64,000 nt of DNA from positions 1,112 through 65,111 of the forward strand of contig CAYUKU010000006.1 of the NCBI GenBank assembly GCA_964445435.1, written 5' to 3'. The number at the start of each line of letters is the position of its first letter. The first letter of the stretch is position 1. The DNA is from an uncultured Gammaproteobacteria bacterium (GTDB lineage Bacteria > Patescibacteriota > Microgenomatia > UBA10105 > UBA927). Below are positions 49,130-59,328 of this stretch, one piece after another. The position numbers and the translations under genes were made by a program. Under the pieces are notes generated by a model. That model was not told the DNA's origin and searched no databases. It saw only the letters and a program-made list of their open reading frames with translations.

Positions 49130-51422
49130 AGCGCACCCGCAGCGAAACCATAATAAGAAGCGCAAGCGAGAAAACCGAAATCGGTAAGCCTATTGTAACC
49201 GATCGAGGACGATAGATCATTCGTACTTCGTGTGCGCCAGGGGCCAAAGCAACCGCGCGAAATGCGTAATTAGCCCGAAGAACGGGAGTTTTGGTGCCAT
49301 CAACAGATGCCTGCCAACCCTGCTCATGCACGTCGGAAAGGAAAAGGAGCTTACTTGCGGCGGAATCTGTCTCGAATACGATTTCATTCGGAGTATAGCG
49401 GATAAGACGCACAGACCCTTCACCGGGAGCAGGTTCAAGTGAGGGCGTTTGCTCTAAGACAACTTTCCCCTCCCCAATTGTATTATCGAAGTAAAGCAGT
49501 TTGAGGATGTCCTCCTTTTCTCTGGCTATCTCATAACCGGAGGCGAGGAAATATCGGGGAAGCGCATGGGTGTTTTCCAGTATCTCGTAATGGTCATCCT
49601 TATATACGGAAACATAAAAGGGATACTTCCAATACGGATATGCCCACACGTTCGTCCCGTCACTCAACCGTTGGAGCACAAAACGTACCCCCAAAAGATC
49701 AAGAGCTCTCTGGGCATATGCTCCACCCCGGGCAAGCGTCACTACCGAGCGATCCGGATTTTTAAGAGTTCCTTCATCCGCGTACCTGACAAATTCACCG
49801 TATCGCCTCTGGTACAACGCATCGTATCCCTCAATGGACGAAATCCCGAAGCTCGATCCCAGTTCGTTGCCGAAATTTCCGAAAACCCGATCGATGCCGG
49901 TCTTCTGGGTAAGATACGCAATGACGTCCATCTTCGGGTATACATACTCCCGCGGGTCAAATGGCATCCACTTGATCGCAAATCGCAGGCTATCAAATGA
50001 GCCCACCAGAATAAACGCCGCGAGAATAAGAAGCCTTCCTGTGTGCCACCAAAATCCTATCAGCGCGCCCGTTACCCCAAGAAAGAATACAAGCGTCGGA
50101 AGTAAACTATTTCTAATGGCTATTGCGCTTTTGTCTGCGGGTACGAACGATCCCATAAAAACTGCCATCCACAGAAGTACTACCATCAGTACGGTCGTGA
50201 TGACGAAACCGATAAACGGTTTGTGTTTGCGCGTTGTCCAATCACGTCTGAGCGCATCAATGCCAAATGCGCTACAAGCAGCGAGTGAAAAACTAAAAAG
50301 AAAAATAATCCTGCTGGCCGCACTCGTCGACAAAACGGGAATCCGAAGGGAAAAAAGCAGGTCGGTTAGTGGCGTGGGGGTTGCCAAAAGAAGTGCGCCT
50401 AAGCCCAAACCTGCAAAAAACCAAACGATCCTCCGCCGCACACGTACAGTTGCCCATACTGCAAAAAAGAGTGCCACTACGCCAGCAAAACTTGCCCACT
50501 CAGCGTAATGGCCAAACCAGTCGTTTCGGGTAACCGGATTTCCATAGAAATCCGGTGAAAACACCGTAACGAGATACTGCCAGGGAATAATTTCTCCCTT
50601 GATGAAACTGGCCATACGCACAGACTGGCTGTATGCGTCATAAGAGGCAAGAAGCTGAGGGAACGCAAAAGTCAACCCAAGAGCAACAAGCGCCAAAGTG
50701 AGTAGTGTTCGGCGTACCCTTTTTGCCCGTGCCCCCCAAAAAACGGCAAATATCACTGAAGTAGCAATCACGTAAATGCTCATCTGAAAATGACCCGAGA
50801 GAAGGGAAAACGACGTTCCTAATGCTATGCCAAGTGTTGAAAGAGCCCCCGGTCTGGTATGGAATTTCACTATGCTCGACAAGATAAGCGGCAAAATCAA
50901 AACGGCATACGCTAGTGTCCCGTACGCCATCCATACAACGATAAACCCACAGAACATAAACGAGATGCTTCCTAAAACGCTTCCCGTTTTTGAAGCGCCC
51001 ACAGTCCGCAAAAATCCGAACATAAATAATCCCGCGAGAAGAGGCTGAAGAAGAATGCTGACCGACCACGCATCAATGGTCTTAAGGAAAAGAAATAGTG
51101 CAATCACAGGGGAAAAAACAGCTGTCTGGTAGTTCCCTGCGTGCGGGGTACCCGCGAAACTATAAGGATTCCAGAGCGGAATTTGGCCCATCTTCCAGGA
51201 ATCAACCGTCAGTTTCTTCCAAGGATAAATTTGGGTTATCACATCCGGCATGGCGTTATTTTTTACCGACATCCCAAAGGATGCGCTCCAGGGAGGAAAA
51301 AAGCTTACCAAATATGTGGACGGAAACGGCACGCGCCCTCTTGAGAAAAAAGGCCACGAAAAAACCGCAACCAGAAGGATAATAAGAAATATGGGCCAGC
51401 GATTAACGAGTATTTTTTTCAT
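49110..51422 (-). CDS. YfhO-family GT-C membrane glycosyltransferase.
   Basis: I moved the start to MKKILVNRWPIFLIILLVAV. ...GQIPLWNPYSFAGTPHAGNYQTAVFSPV...; C-terminus SDVHEQGWQASVDGTKTPVLRANYAFRAVALAPGAH, then a TM helix. Confidence 0.65.
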   Translation of the reverse strand: MKKILVNRWPIFLIILLVAVFSWPFFSRGRVPFPSTYLVSFFPPWSASFGMSVKNNAMPDVITQIYPWKKLTVDSWKMGQIPLWNPYSFAGTPHAGNYQTAVFSPVIALFLFLKTIDAWSVSILLQPLLAGLFMFGFLRTVGASKTGSVLGSISFMFCGFIVVWMAYGTLAYAVLILPLILSSIVKFHTRPGALSTLGIALGTSFSLLSGHFQMSIYVIATSVIFAVFWGARAKRVRRTLLTLALVALGLTFAFPQLLASYDAYSQSVRMASFIKGEIIPWQYLVTVFSPDFYGNPVTRNDWFGHYAEWASFAGVVALFFAVWATVRVRRRIVWFFAGLGLGALLLATPTPLTDLLFSLRIPVLSTSAASRIIFLFSFSLAACSAFGIDALRRDWTTRKHKPFIGFVITTVLMVVLLWMAVFMGSFVPADKSAIAIRNSLLPTLVFFLGVTGALIGFWWHTGRLLILAAFILVGSFDSLRFAIKWMPFDPREYVYPKMDVIAYLTQKTGIDRVFGNFGNELGSSFGISSIEGYDALYQRRYGEFVRYADEGTLKNPDRSVVTLARGGAYAQRALDLLGVRFVLQRLSDGTNVWAYPYWKYPFYVSVYKDDHYEILENTHALPRYFLASGYEIAREKEDILKLLYFDNTIGEGKVVLEQTPSLEPAPGEGSVRLIRYTPNEIVFETDSAASKLLFLSDVHEQGWQASVDGTKTPVLRANYAFRAVALAPGAHEVRMIYRPRSVTIGLPISVFSLALLIMVSLRVRYEDRHL

Positions 51423-52179
51423 GCGACGTGACCTGAAGTTCCCACAATTTAGCGTACGTAATAAATAAACTAAACCCCTGATAAACACTCTCTATGATTC
51501 CGACCGTGCCCGCCTTCCACCCTCCTCCCGAGAAATACATTCGGAAAAACCCGGTAAGAAACACCCGTATAAGCCGCCATCCGACAATCTGGGGATGGTG
51601 CGCCTCATAGCGTAGTACTGCTTCGGTCTTTGACCATTCGTTTGTTTTGGAAACCATTTCCTCAAGTGTCCGATGCGTCTGGTGGAGAATCGGATCAACA
51701 ATCGTTTCCACTCTCCCTTCCACGACCGCAGTTTCATGGAGTTTCCCCCTCCAACCTTTCAGAGCATCCTTTCGAAAAAGCCTGTGCATTTTATCGGTGT
51801 GCGGCCAAAGGTGTCCGAGGTAATAGTTTTTGCGGGTGATATAGTATCCGTTGGGTGATGAGGACCCGTACTCCTTCATAATTTTTTGTATCGTCCGTGC
51901 AAGCGAAGGTGTTATTCGCTCATCTGCGTCCACATAGAGTATCCAGTCCCCGTGGGCGCTCGTAAGACCCACGTTACGAATTTCAGAGAAGTCATCTGAA
52001 GAAGTAGTCACAACGCTGACGTTCATCGAGCGGGCAATGTCTCGTGTCCTATCGGTTGAATTGTTGTCAACGAGGATAATTTCCGAAACCCAGTCCAGGC
52101 TTTTTATGCATTCGCCGATCCGCAACTCTTCATTTTTAGCGATAATGATAGCAGAGATAGTATTTTTCATCGCTTCCAT
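51403..52179 (-). CDS. GT2-family glycosyltransferase (WaaE/KdtX-like).
   Basis: ISAIIIAKNEELRIGECI...EIILVDNNSTDRT...YVDADE. The C-terminus is GTVGIIESVYQGFSLFITYAKLWE. Confidence 0.7.
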   Translation of the reverse strand: MEAMKNTISAIIIAKNEELRIGECIKSLDWVSEIILVDNNSTDRTRDIARSMNVSVVTTSSDDFSEIRNVGLTSAHGDWILYVDADERITPSLARTIQKIMKEYGSSSPNGYYITRKNYYLGHLWPHTDKMHRLFRKDALKGWRGKLHETAVVEGRVETIVDPILHQTHRTLEEMVSKTNEWSKTEAVLRYEAHHPQIVGWRLIRVFLTGFFRMYFSGGGWKAGTVGIIESVYQGFSLFITYAKLWELQVTSHEKNTR

Positions 52180-53081
52180 GTATATCTGTTTCCAAATCTT
52201 CCTGTAATGAAATCAAAAACTGCCCTGCGCAAAACGGGCGAGGATGAAAAAACGAAACGGACCGCCTCTCTCAGAAGCGCAATTTTCGTACGAAGTGGCG
52301 CATATCTCATGCCGATAAGCAGCCTGTTCCTCGTAAGATAGTATTGATGGAGTCCATGACCCGGCTTCCCGGTCGACCCTGCGTTTATATGCCAAACGAT
52401 TGAGGAAGGGGCGTAAACGCAGCGAAATCCGGCTTTTTTCGCCCGCAGGGAGTAATCCAGATCTTCAAGGTAGAGGAAAAATCGATCATCCAGATAGCCG
52501 ATGCGGGAGACAACGTCTTTTCTGATCATAAGCGAGCAACCGGTGATGAAATCCGTATCCTCCTGTCTTTCAAATTGGCCCGTATCCACCTCGTCCACTC
52601 CTCTATGTGACGCATACATATTTGCCCAATCAACGAGTCCGCCCGCATACCAGATAACCCGCCCGCGATCTTTCTTACTGTAGCGGTCATGATGAAACTC
52701 ATATCCGGGTGCAAAATAAATCTTCGATCCTGCCAGACCTACTGCACTATCATCAAACGCATCCAGAAGCCCTTTCAAGGCATCCTTGTCGACCTTCGTA
52801 TCGTTATTCAGGAGCCACACGAAATCAGCGCCTTTTGAAACTGCGTACCGCATTCCCCTATTATTTCCGCCGGTGAATCCCTCGTTTACAGGGCTTTCCA
52901 ATACAGTCACGGAAGGAAAATTTTTGCGTATCGATGCGACCGAATCGTCGGTGGAAGCATTATCAACGACAACCGTAGCTACGTTGTTCCTCGCGTTGTC
53001 CATGTCGGCAAGCGAAGAAAGACAGTTTAGGGTATCCGCCTTCCCGTTCCAGTTTACAACGATTATGAATACATTTTTCAT
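52167..53081 (-). CDS. GT2-family glycosyltransferase (WcaA/rhamnosyltransferase-like).
   Basis: I moved the start to MKNVFIIVVNWNGKADTL (ATG at 53081, a TAATG overlap). ...VVVDNASTDDSV...LLNNDTKV...ITGCSLMIRKD. Confidence 0.75.
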   Translation of the reverse strand: MKNVFIIVVNWNGKADTLNCLSSLADMDNARNNVATVVVDNASTDDSVASIRKNFPSVTVLESPVNEGFTGGNNRGMRYAVSKGADFVWLLNNDTKVDKDALKGLLDAFDDSAVGLAGSKIYFAPGYEFHHDRYSKKDRGRVIWYAGGLVDWANMYASHRGVDEVDTGQFERQEDTDFITGCSLMIRKDVVSRIGYLDDRFFLYLEDLDYSLRAKKAGFRCVYAPSSIVWHINAGSTGKPGHGLHQYYLTRNRLLIGMRYAPLRTKIALLREAVRFVFSSSPVLRRAVFDFITGRFGNRYTWKR

Positions 53082-53980
53082 TACAGAAGCTTCTTTTGGA
53101 CTTTCAGAAAGAATGAGCGTACCGGTGAAGCCGACTCCCGTATCCTTGCAGTCAGAAGCCAAAATCGAACCTCTCTCGCGTTTCGTTTTAACTCATCATT
53201 TGCAGCTTCAAGAGTGATACTTCGCTGTGCGAACGCATTCTTCTCCCACAATTTTGCAAAAACGACGAAGGAATAAAACGCCTGGAGCAGAGCAAGAACC
53301 AATCCATGGAGGCCGTCTTTGTATCCGCTTTGAGCGAAATAAATTTTTACGAAATCCGAGACCGGAAATCTGATCGCGTCATACCAGGCCAGCTGATAAT
53401 TCGTGGCCTGAAGATTTGCCACTTCATTCTCCGTATAGAGCTTGTCCATTTTTCGAATAAACTGACCCACTGTTTCATAATTATGGTGAACGAACGGTTC
53501 AGTAAGCGTATCGGTCGGACCGTGCACTTCTATGTATTCGTGCACGTGCTTCTCCTGGAATCTGCCCTTGTCCTTTCTGAACAGTCTTAGGTGCCTATCC
53601 GGCCACCAGAGGCCATGTTCTATCCATTTGCCGAAAATGATGTTTTTGCGGGCAATCCAGTATCCGACGATATCTGAGTCCGGTTTCTGCGTCACTTTTT
53701 TGATTTCTGAGGCTAACGCCTGCGGAATCTCTTCGTCAGCATCAAGGTTGAGTATCCAATCGCCTGTCGCCTGAGTGAATCCGAAATTCTTATTTACGTT
53801 AAGCATCGGATTATTGGGTCGGACGAAAACCTTTGCGCCGAACTTCTTCGCCACGGCAGCAGTCTTATCAACGGAGCTATTATCCACTACGATTATCTCT
53901 GACGCCCAACGAACCGACGCCAGGCACGCTGCGAGCTTATCTTCCTCATTATAGGCCGAAATAACAACGCTTACTGACAT
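53081..53980 (-). CDS. GT2-family glycosyltransferase (WaaE/KdtX-like).
   Basis: MSVSVVISAYNEEDKLAACL...EIIVVDNSSVDKT...NLDADEEI. The C-terminus is GLHGLVLALLQAFYSFVVFAKLWE. Confidence 0.7.
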   Translation of the reverse strand: MSVSVVISAYNEEDKLAACLASVRWASEIIVVDNSSVDKTAAVAKKFGAKVFVRPNNPMLNVNKNFGFTQATGDWILNLDADEEIPQALASEIKKVTQKPDSDIVGYWIARKNIIFGKWIEHGLWWPDRHLRLFRKDKGRFQEKHVHEYIEVHGPTDTLTEPFVHHNYETVGQFIRKMDKLYTENEVANLQATNYQLAWYDAIRFPVSDFVKIYFAQSGYKDGLHGLVLALLQAFYSFVVFAKLWEKNAFAQRSITLEAANDELKRNAREVRFWLLTARIRESASPVRSFFLKVQKKLL

Positions 53981-53983
53981 AAG

Positions 53984-55462
53984 CTAGACGTGAAAACGTG
54001 AAATAATTGAGACAACTTCAGGTTTGGCCCTCCACCAAACACAGCCTGCGTACAGTATAACACTTGCCGCTGCAACTGCCGCCAAACTCACGGGACTCGC
54101 TGGAACCACCGAAAGCGCCCCTGCAGTGAACAAGCTCTGCGCTACTGCTGCCGCAAGAGGAACGCCGATACTCCGGGTAAACGAAAACGGCGCCGCTCTC
54201 TTCACCAGATGAACAACGACGCCGACGGTAAGACTCACGGCGAAAATAGCTGCCGCGTATCCGTGAAATCCGAATACCGAAATAAGAAGGACAGTCAAAA
54301 TCCACGTGGCTGTCGTCCACATGACCATCAGGGCAAGTGTTACTTTAATTCTCCCTACTGCGTTAAGCGCATTTGTAAGAGGAGTTGAAAGAGAAGACAC
54401 GAGTGTGGCAAGGGCGAATAAGTAAAACGATGGCAGGGCCGGCATCCATTTACCATATTTGGGAATGTAGGAAATAAGAGGCTCAATGAAAAAAATAAGT
54501 CCGACAGTTACCGGGAATACGGCCAACGATATCCCGAAAAGTGTCTTTTCGATTGCTTTTGTAAGATGCTCTTTTGAGGTCTGAAGGCGGGAAAAGGCAG
54601 GGAAGGTAACGCGGATAATGCTATCCATGATAAGCCGCAGCGGCACGTCTGCCCATTTTTTCGCCCACCCTATGTACCCGATCTCGGAAAACGGCAGCAT
54701 TTTCCCAAGAAAAACCGTCATAAGATCATCTTTCAAAAGCGCCAGGAACGAGTTCAGTTGGAACGGAACGCCGAATTTAAGAAGCTTCGCTGCAACGGGT
54801 CTTTGTATTCCAATGGCAATTCTCCACGGTGATACGACATACATCGCAACCAACCCCAAAAGAGCACGGATAACGACGGCCCAGGTGAAACTTTCGATGC
54901 CTCTTCCCTGCCAAGCCAACCAAACCGCAACAACGTAAAAACCTACCGTCTCCAGAATCTGAGGAATGATAAGCTTCTGAAACTCGAGCGACCGCTCAAG
55001 CAAGACGGATGGAATTGTTTTGAGTGATGAAATGAAAAAAGACGCGATAAGACTGCGCAGGAGCCACAATCCGGACGAATCCAGTTTATAAAACTGGGCA
55101 ATCTGAGAGGAAAAAAGGAAAGAAACGACCGTAAGAGCTCCCACAAGGATCTGTTGGATCGTGAAGGTAGTCGCAAGATCGCTTTTTGTAACCTCATCCT
55201 TTTTTTGAATGAGCGCAGCCGCAAGACCAATGTCTGAGAAATAATTAAGAAACGCTATAACTGCCGACACGACGTAGAAAATTCCGAAGACTTGGGGCGT
55301 GAGAAAAACGGTAAGAAGAAAGGTCGCTCCAAAAGCAATAATTTGCAAAAGAAACGTCCGAGAAGTAAGCGCAAGAATTCCTGCAAATGATTTCTTCTTT
55401 ATGTGTTCTATTTCGGTCAAGTGCGCTGCGTCTGCCATGGTTTGGTGACGAATAACCTCCAC
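53984..55462 (-). CDS. Wzx-like flippase (polysaccharide biosynthesis / MOP superfamily).
   Basis: 492 aa with 12-14 TM helices. ...KKKSFAGILALTSRTFLLQIIAFGATFLLTVFLTPQVFG... The start may be M9 (MADAAHL, at 55438). Confidence 0.6.
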   Translation of the reverse strand: MEVIRHQTMADAAHLTEIEHIKKKSFAGILALTSRTFLLQIIAFGATFLLTVFLTPQVFGIFYVVSAVIAFLNYFSDIGLAAALIQKKDEVTKSDLATTFTIQQILVGALTVVSFLFSSQIAQFYKLDSSGLWLLRSLIASFFISSLKTIPSVLLERSLEFQKLIIPQILETVGFYVVAVWLAWQGRGIESFTWAVVIRALLGLVAMYVVSPWRIAIGIQRPVAAKLLKFGVPFQLNSFLALLKDDLMTVFLGKMLPFSEIGYIGWAKKWADVPLRLIMDSIIRVTFPAFSRLQTSKEHLTKAIEKTLFGISLAVFPVTVGLIFFIEPLISYIPKYGKWMPALPSFYLFALATLVSSLSTPLTNALNAVGRIKVTLALMVMWTTATWILTVLLISVFGFHGYAAAIFAVSLTVGVVVHLVKRAAPFSFTRSIGVPLAAAVAQSLFTAGALSVVPASPVSLAAVAAASVILYAGCVWWRAKPEVVSIISRFHV

Positions 55463-56148
55463 AATCCTTCCAGATCTCCCTGTGCGGTTTTCAAAACCCG
55501 TACCGTCGATCCCGGGTTATCTATCCAGGTTACCGGCTCCTCGTAGATGGCGCATCCGCTTTTCTCGGCCATTACAAGAAGCTCGGTATCGAAAAACCAC
55601 TCATTATCGATAACCCTCGGAATAATTTCATCGACGACCCGCTTCGAAACTGCCTTAAATCCGCACTGAGCGTCGCTAAAATGCACCCAAAAGAATACTT
55701 TGATAAGGAAGATATACACCTTCGACGTTACGGTTCGAAGCAAGCTTCTGCCTTTCACATTGGCGCCCCGGGCATTTCTGCTGCCTATGGCTACATCAAA
55801 ACCCTTAAGAATCGACCTGGACAAGGCGGGGAAGTGTTTGAGGTCGGTCGAAAGGTCAACATCCATATAGGCATTTACGTCTGACTTATACTTTCGCCAG
55901 ACGGACTTCACTGCTCTCCCGCGGCCCTTTTCATCCAAATGTTCGACTTTCACCCGGGGATATTTTTTTGTAAGGGATTTGGCTATGGCATGCGTGTTAT
56001 CTGTCGATGCATTATCGGCAATTACAACCATCCAGTCGAAATCCGCACAATTGCCCGCGAGGTAGGCCACAAGCTTCCCCACGCTATCGGCTAGTTCCTT
56101 CTCTTCGTTGTAAACCGGGATGACGACGTTAAGTGTTGGTTTTTTCAT
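55417..56148 (-). CDS. GT2 polyprenyl-phosphate glycosyltransferase (Dpm1-like, soluble).
   Basis: MKKPTLNVVIPVYNEEKEL...VVIADNASTDNT...GKGRAV...DVDLSTD...GSRN...QCGFKA. Confidence 0.75.
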   Translation of the reverse strand: MKKPTLNVVIPVYNEEKELADSVGKLVAYLAGNCADFDWMVVIADNASTDNTHAIAKSLTKKYPRVKVEHLDEKGRGRAVKSVWRKYKSDVNAYMDVDLSTDLKHFPALSRSILKGFDVAIGSRNARGANVKGRSLLRTVTSKVYIFLIKVFFWVHFSDAQCGFKAVSKRVVDEIIPRVIDNEWFFDTELLVMAEKSGCAIYEEPVTWIDNPGSTVRVLKTAQGDLEGLWRLFVTKPWQTQRT

Positions 56149-57796
56149 ATTTTCTGCCCAAAAGAAAGAAAAGCCCCAAAACGGCTATAACGCTTATTAT
56201 ATTACCTAGCGTACGCACAGGGGTATCGGCAAAACGAATTTCAACGACATTCTGTCCCTTGGGAATCAAGATAGTCGGAAGAGATTGAGCGACTGTCGGC
56301 ACCACCGGTTTTCCGTTTACAAGATACTTCCACCCTGGAAAGACGGTTTTGTTGAGGGTTATCTTTTCGTCTTTATTCGTTGTGACGGTAAATCGTTCAT
56401 ATGTATCGCTTTGAACTATGTGCTCGACTATCATCCCTTCCCTGGGAACAATGGTCGTACGCGCATACGCGTCCGGGCTTGCCGGACGAACGAAATCGGG
56501 AGGTAAATATTCATATGAGATATTCGATACATCAAAGCGCAGCGCTTTTTCCGATTCGAATTCACGGGCTTCCTTTGTAAACAGATACTGCGGCTGAAAC
56601 CATTTGCCGTAATATGGAATCGCAAGAAGGACCACGATGGTGGTCAATATAAACCGCAACGCCTTCGCGCGCATATGAACGAAAAGCGTACCGATGAGCA
56701 CGCTTAGCCCGAGCTCAGCGTATGCCAGGAATCTCCAAGGATACTGAAGGTAAGAAAAAAACGGAATGTTTTCCCATAAAAATATGCTTATCGGAAGCGT
56801 AAAAAATATCCCAACTCCGGTGATAACCATTCCTGTCAGACCGAGATACCGTTCGGGAAAGAATCGTCCTTTGAGAAGAACCAATGCTCCTGCTGCAAGT
56901 CCAATAATGATATGGAGCTTACCCAGCATAAACGACATACCGTCTACACATCCTGCCGTAGAGCCCCCGAATCCCCAGGGTGAACTCCATAGTTGTGGTG
57001 CGCACACCAAATGATCATGAAAGTCAGAGGAGCTCGATATTTGTCCTGCCACATTTGTGTATTTCATCTCAACAAGAGCAGGAAGCCAAAAAAATGCAGA
57101 AAGCCCAAGTCCCAACACCAATATCAATATATAGTTTTTCAAGGGAGAAAGGGACTGCGCGCTCATCCGACGCACGAAAAACGTGATTACCGCTGCCATT
57201 GCCAGGAGGAAGCTTGTGGCGTACCCCAACAATGTATGGGAGAGAATAACCCCAGCAAGGCCGATTCCTCCGATAAGAAAACCGAGCTTATGCGGGTTTT
57301 TCTTATGTATGTCAACCAGAGACCACAAGAGTAACGGAAAAAAAACAAGTGTCCAGAGTTCGCCTACCGCTCCCCGTACGTACAGCTGCACGGCATGATA
57401 CGGTGCATAGGCATAAAAAATTCCTGCTATCAGCCCTCCAAGCACACCTATAAAAGGAACCAAGGCCACATAGAGTATACCCCCTGCAAGAATCATGCCC
57501 AAAATCATCATCACTTTGGTCGCTGACAGGCCAGAAGTGCCAAGGGCATAGAGAAACCCGCCCACATAATACGGGAGCGGGCCATAAAAATTATAGAGGG
57601 GATATCCGTACCCGTATCCCAGATCAGTTACCCAACGGACCGGAAACTGTCCACCCCGAAGAGCTTTACCCATGGAAACAACTCTGCCAATTTGCGTGTC
57701 ATCGTGCATTGGGAAATATCCGTCGCCCAAAAGCGGTGACACAGTCCCCAGTGAAACCATGAGAACCAGCAGAAATCCGATTATTTTACCTGTCAT
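56129..57796 (-). CDS. PTPS-related-family polytopic membrane protein (putative GT-C) with a YfhO-type C-terminal domain.
   Basis: FPMHDDTQIGRVVSMGKALRGGQFPVRWVTDLGYGYGYPLYNFYGPLPYY...; C-terminus TVFPGWKYLVNGKPVVP...GQNVVEIRF, then a TM helix. It is in tandem with 57793..59328. Confidence 0.55.
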   Translation of the reverse strand: MTGKIIGFLLVLMVSLGTVSPLLGDGYFPMHDDTQIGRVVSMGKALRGGQFPVRWVTDLGYGYGYPLYNFYGPLPYYVGGFLYALGTSGLSATKVMMILGMILAGGILYVALVPFIGVLGGLIAGIFYAYAPYHAVQLYVRGAVGELWTLVFFPLLLWSLVDIHKKNPHKLGFLIGGIGLAGVILSHTLLGYATSFLLAMAAVITFFVRRMSAQSLSPLKNYILILVLGLGLSAFFWLPALVEMKYTNVAGQISSSSDFHDHLVCAPQLWSSPWGFGGSTAGCVDGMSFMLGKLHIIIGLAAGALVLLKGRFFPERYLGLTGMVITGVGIFFTLPISIFLWENIPFFSYLQYPWRFLAYAELGLSVLIGTLFVHMRAKALRFILTTIVVLLAIPYYGKWFQPQYLFTKEAREFESEKALRFDVSNISYEYLPPDFVRPASPDAYARTTIVPREGMIVEHIVQSDTYERFTVTTNKDEKITLNKTVFPGWKYLVNGKPVVPTVAQSLPTILIPKGQNVVEIRFADTPVRTLGNIISVIAVLGLFFLLGRKYEKTNT

Positions 57797-59328
57797 AGGG
57801 CTTTGAGTTTCTTTTTCCCTGTTTTCCTGATGAGCTGAAAAAGAAAAAGTAACAAGAAAAACAGGCTCACACTGTCTGCGATAAACCGAAATACCGTCTC
57901 ACGAAAACCCGCCACGATTCTATGTTCGCCTTTCGGCACTTCTATGCGCATCACCCCAAGGGGGTTTGCGTGATCAACAGGTGTCAGTTTTCCGTCGAGC
58001 GTTACTCCCCAGCCGGGATAATATGCCGTATTGATTTGCACGACACTGTCTTCTGACGCCGTCACTGTGACGTCGATATATTGCGTCGTTACTCTATTCT
58101 CTGTAATGGTTCCACCTCCCGAATGGAATTCAAGTTTTTCATTCGCCCGCGCCGTCGGCTTCTGGGTCACCCATATTGGAAGGTATTCGTCGTGGACGGT
58201 TGTTGTTGCTTCATTCGTCGTATAGTACCCTTCCGGAAATGACTCATAGGCGATAAATCTGCTTGCCATAGCAAACTGTAGCGCACATGCGATCATCAGT
58301 ACGCCACCAAAAACGTATTGTCGCTTCGCATTGGCATGAACGGCACACGCAACAAGGAAGCTCCCGGCAAACACGCTCATACTCAAAAACCGAAACGGAA
58401 ACTGAAAAAGCGTCGCAAGAACATCGAAGCGCCATATAAACGCGCTCACGGGCAGCGCCATGCACGTTGCGCCAACAAAAATCCAGAAAAAGAGAGATCG
58501 AATCGAGTGTCTCTGTTGGGAAAAGACGCTCACGATGGCTGCAAAAAGACCCGGAATTCCGACAAGCCACCAAAGACTGCGCTCAAACAAATACTGCCTG
58601 GGATCAGAAACTACGATACGATCAAACACAACGAACCTTCGCTCATAAAGCGCCGGCAACCAAAAAAACGCAGCCATCCCCATAGCGAACGTAAGGGGCC
58701 ACAAGTACCGCGAGAATTTCCGAAGCGCAATAATATAGAGCATATTCGTGCCGATAAATAGAACGGCAAGCGAATTATGGCTCAGAATTAACATAAATGC
58801 GGAAATCATAAAAAGCCATTTCTTATCGCGGGCGATCGAATAGAATGAAAGCGCCGCCCAAAGAAACGCAAATATCTCTCCCACCGAGCCGCGCTTATAT
58901 ATATCAAAAAGCAAATACGGCGCGGCAAGGAAGCTTATTGCGCCCATCGTGGCAGCAAATGAATGAAAATAGGTCTGAAGCCACAGTCTTACGACTACCC
59001 CGGCCCCCACTACGGAAAGAATAATAATCAGCTTTACGGAATCGACGAACGAAAAACCCAGGAATTTGAAAATCGATCCGACGTACATAAACCCCGGGTA
59101 AAGGAAGTTCGCCACCGGATACCCGTAGCTGTAATTGAGTCTCCCCAAAAATCGGACCGGGAACTGCCCCTCACGCAGACTCTGGTAAAACGCACTCAAC
59201 CGAACGATCATCCAGCTTCCGTCGTCCGTCAGGATAAATCCCGGCCGAAAAAGCGGGAAAAGCACAATAAGACCGACTAGAATGACAACGCCAAACGGCC
59301 ATAATTTTTGGAAGAGGGGCGACTTCAT
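57793..59328 (-). CDS. PTPS-related-family polytopic membrane protein (putative GT-C) with a YfhO-type C-terminal domain.
   Basis: FILTDDGSWMIVRLSAFYQSLREGQFPVRFLGRLNYSYGYPVANFLYPGF...; C-terminus AYYPGWGVTLDGKLTPVD...GEHRIVAGF, then a TM helix. It has an ATGA overlap with 56129..57796. Confidence 0.55.
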   Translation of the reverse strand: MKSPLFQKLWPFGVVILVGLIVLFPLFRPGFILTDDGSWMIVRLSAFYQSLREGQFPVRFLGRLNYSYGYPVANFLYPGFMYVGSIFKFLGFSFVDSVKLIIILSVVGAGVVVRLWLQTYFHSFAATMGAISFLAAPYLLFDIYKRGSVGEIFAFLWAALSFYSIARDKKWLFMISAFMLILSHNSLAVLFIGTNMLYIIALRKFSRYLWPLTFAMGMAAFFWLPALYERRFVVFDRIVVSDPRQYLFERSLWWLVGIPGLFAAIVSVFSQQRHSIRSLFFWIFVGATCMALPVSAFIWRFDVLATLFQFPFRFLSMSVFAGSFLVACAVHANAKRQYVFGGVLMIACALQFAMASRFIAYESFPEGYYTTNEATTTVHDEYLPIWVTQKPTARANEKLEFHSGGGTITENRVTTQYIDVTVTASEDSVVQINTAYYPGWGVTLDGKLTPVDHANPLGVMRIEVPKGEHRIVAGFRETVFRFIADSVSLFFLLLFLFQLIRKTGKKKLKAL

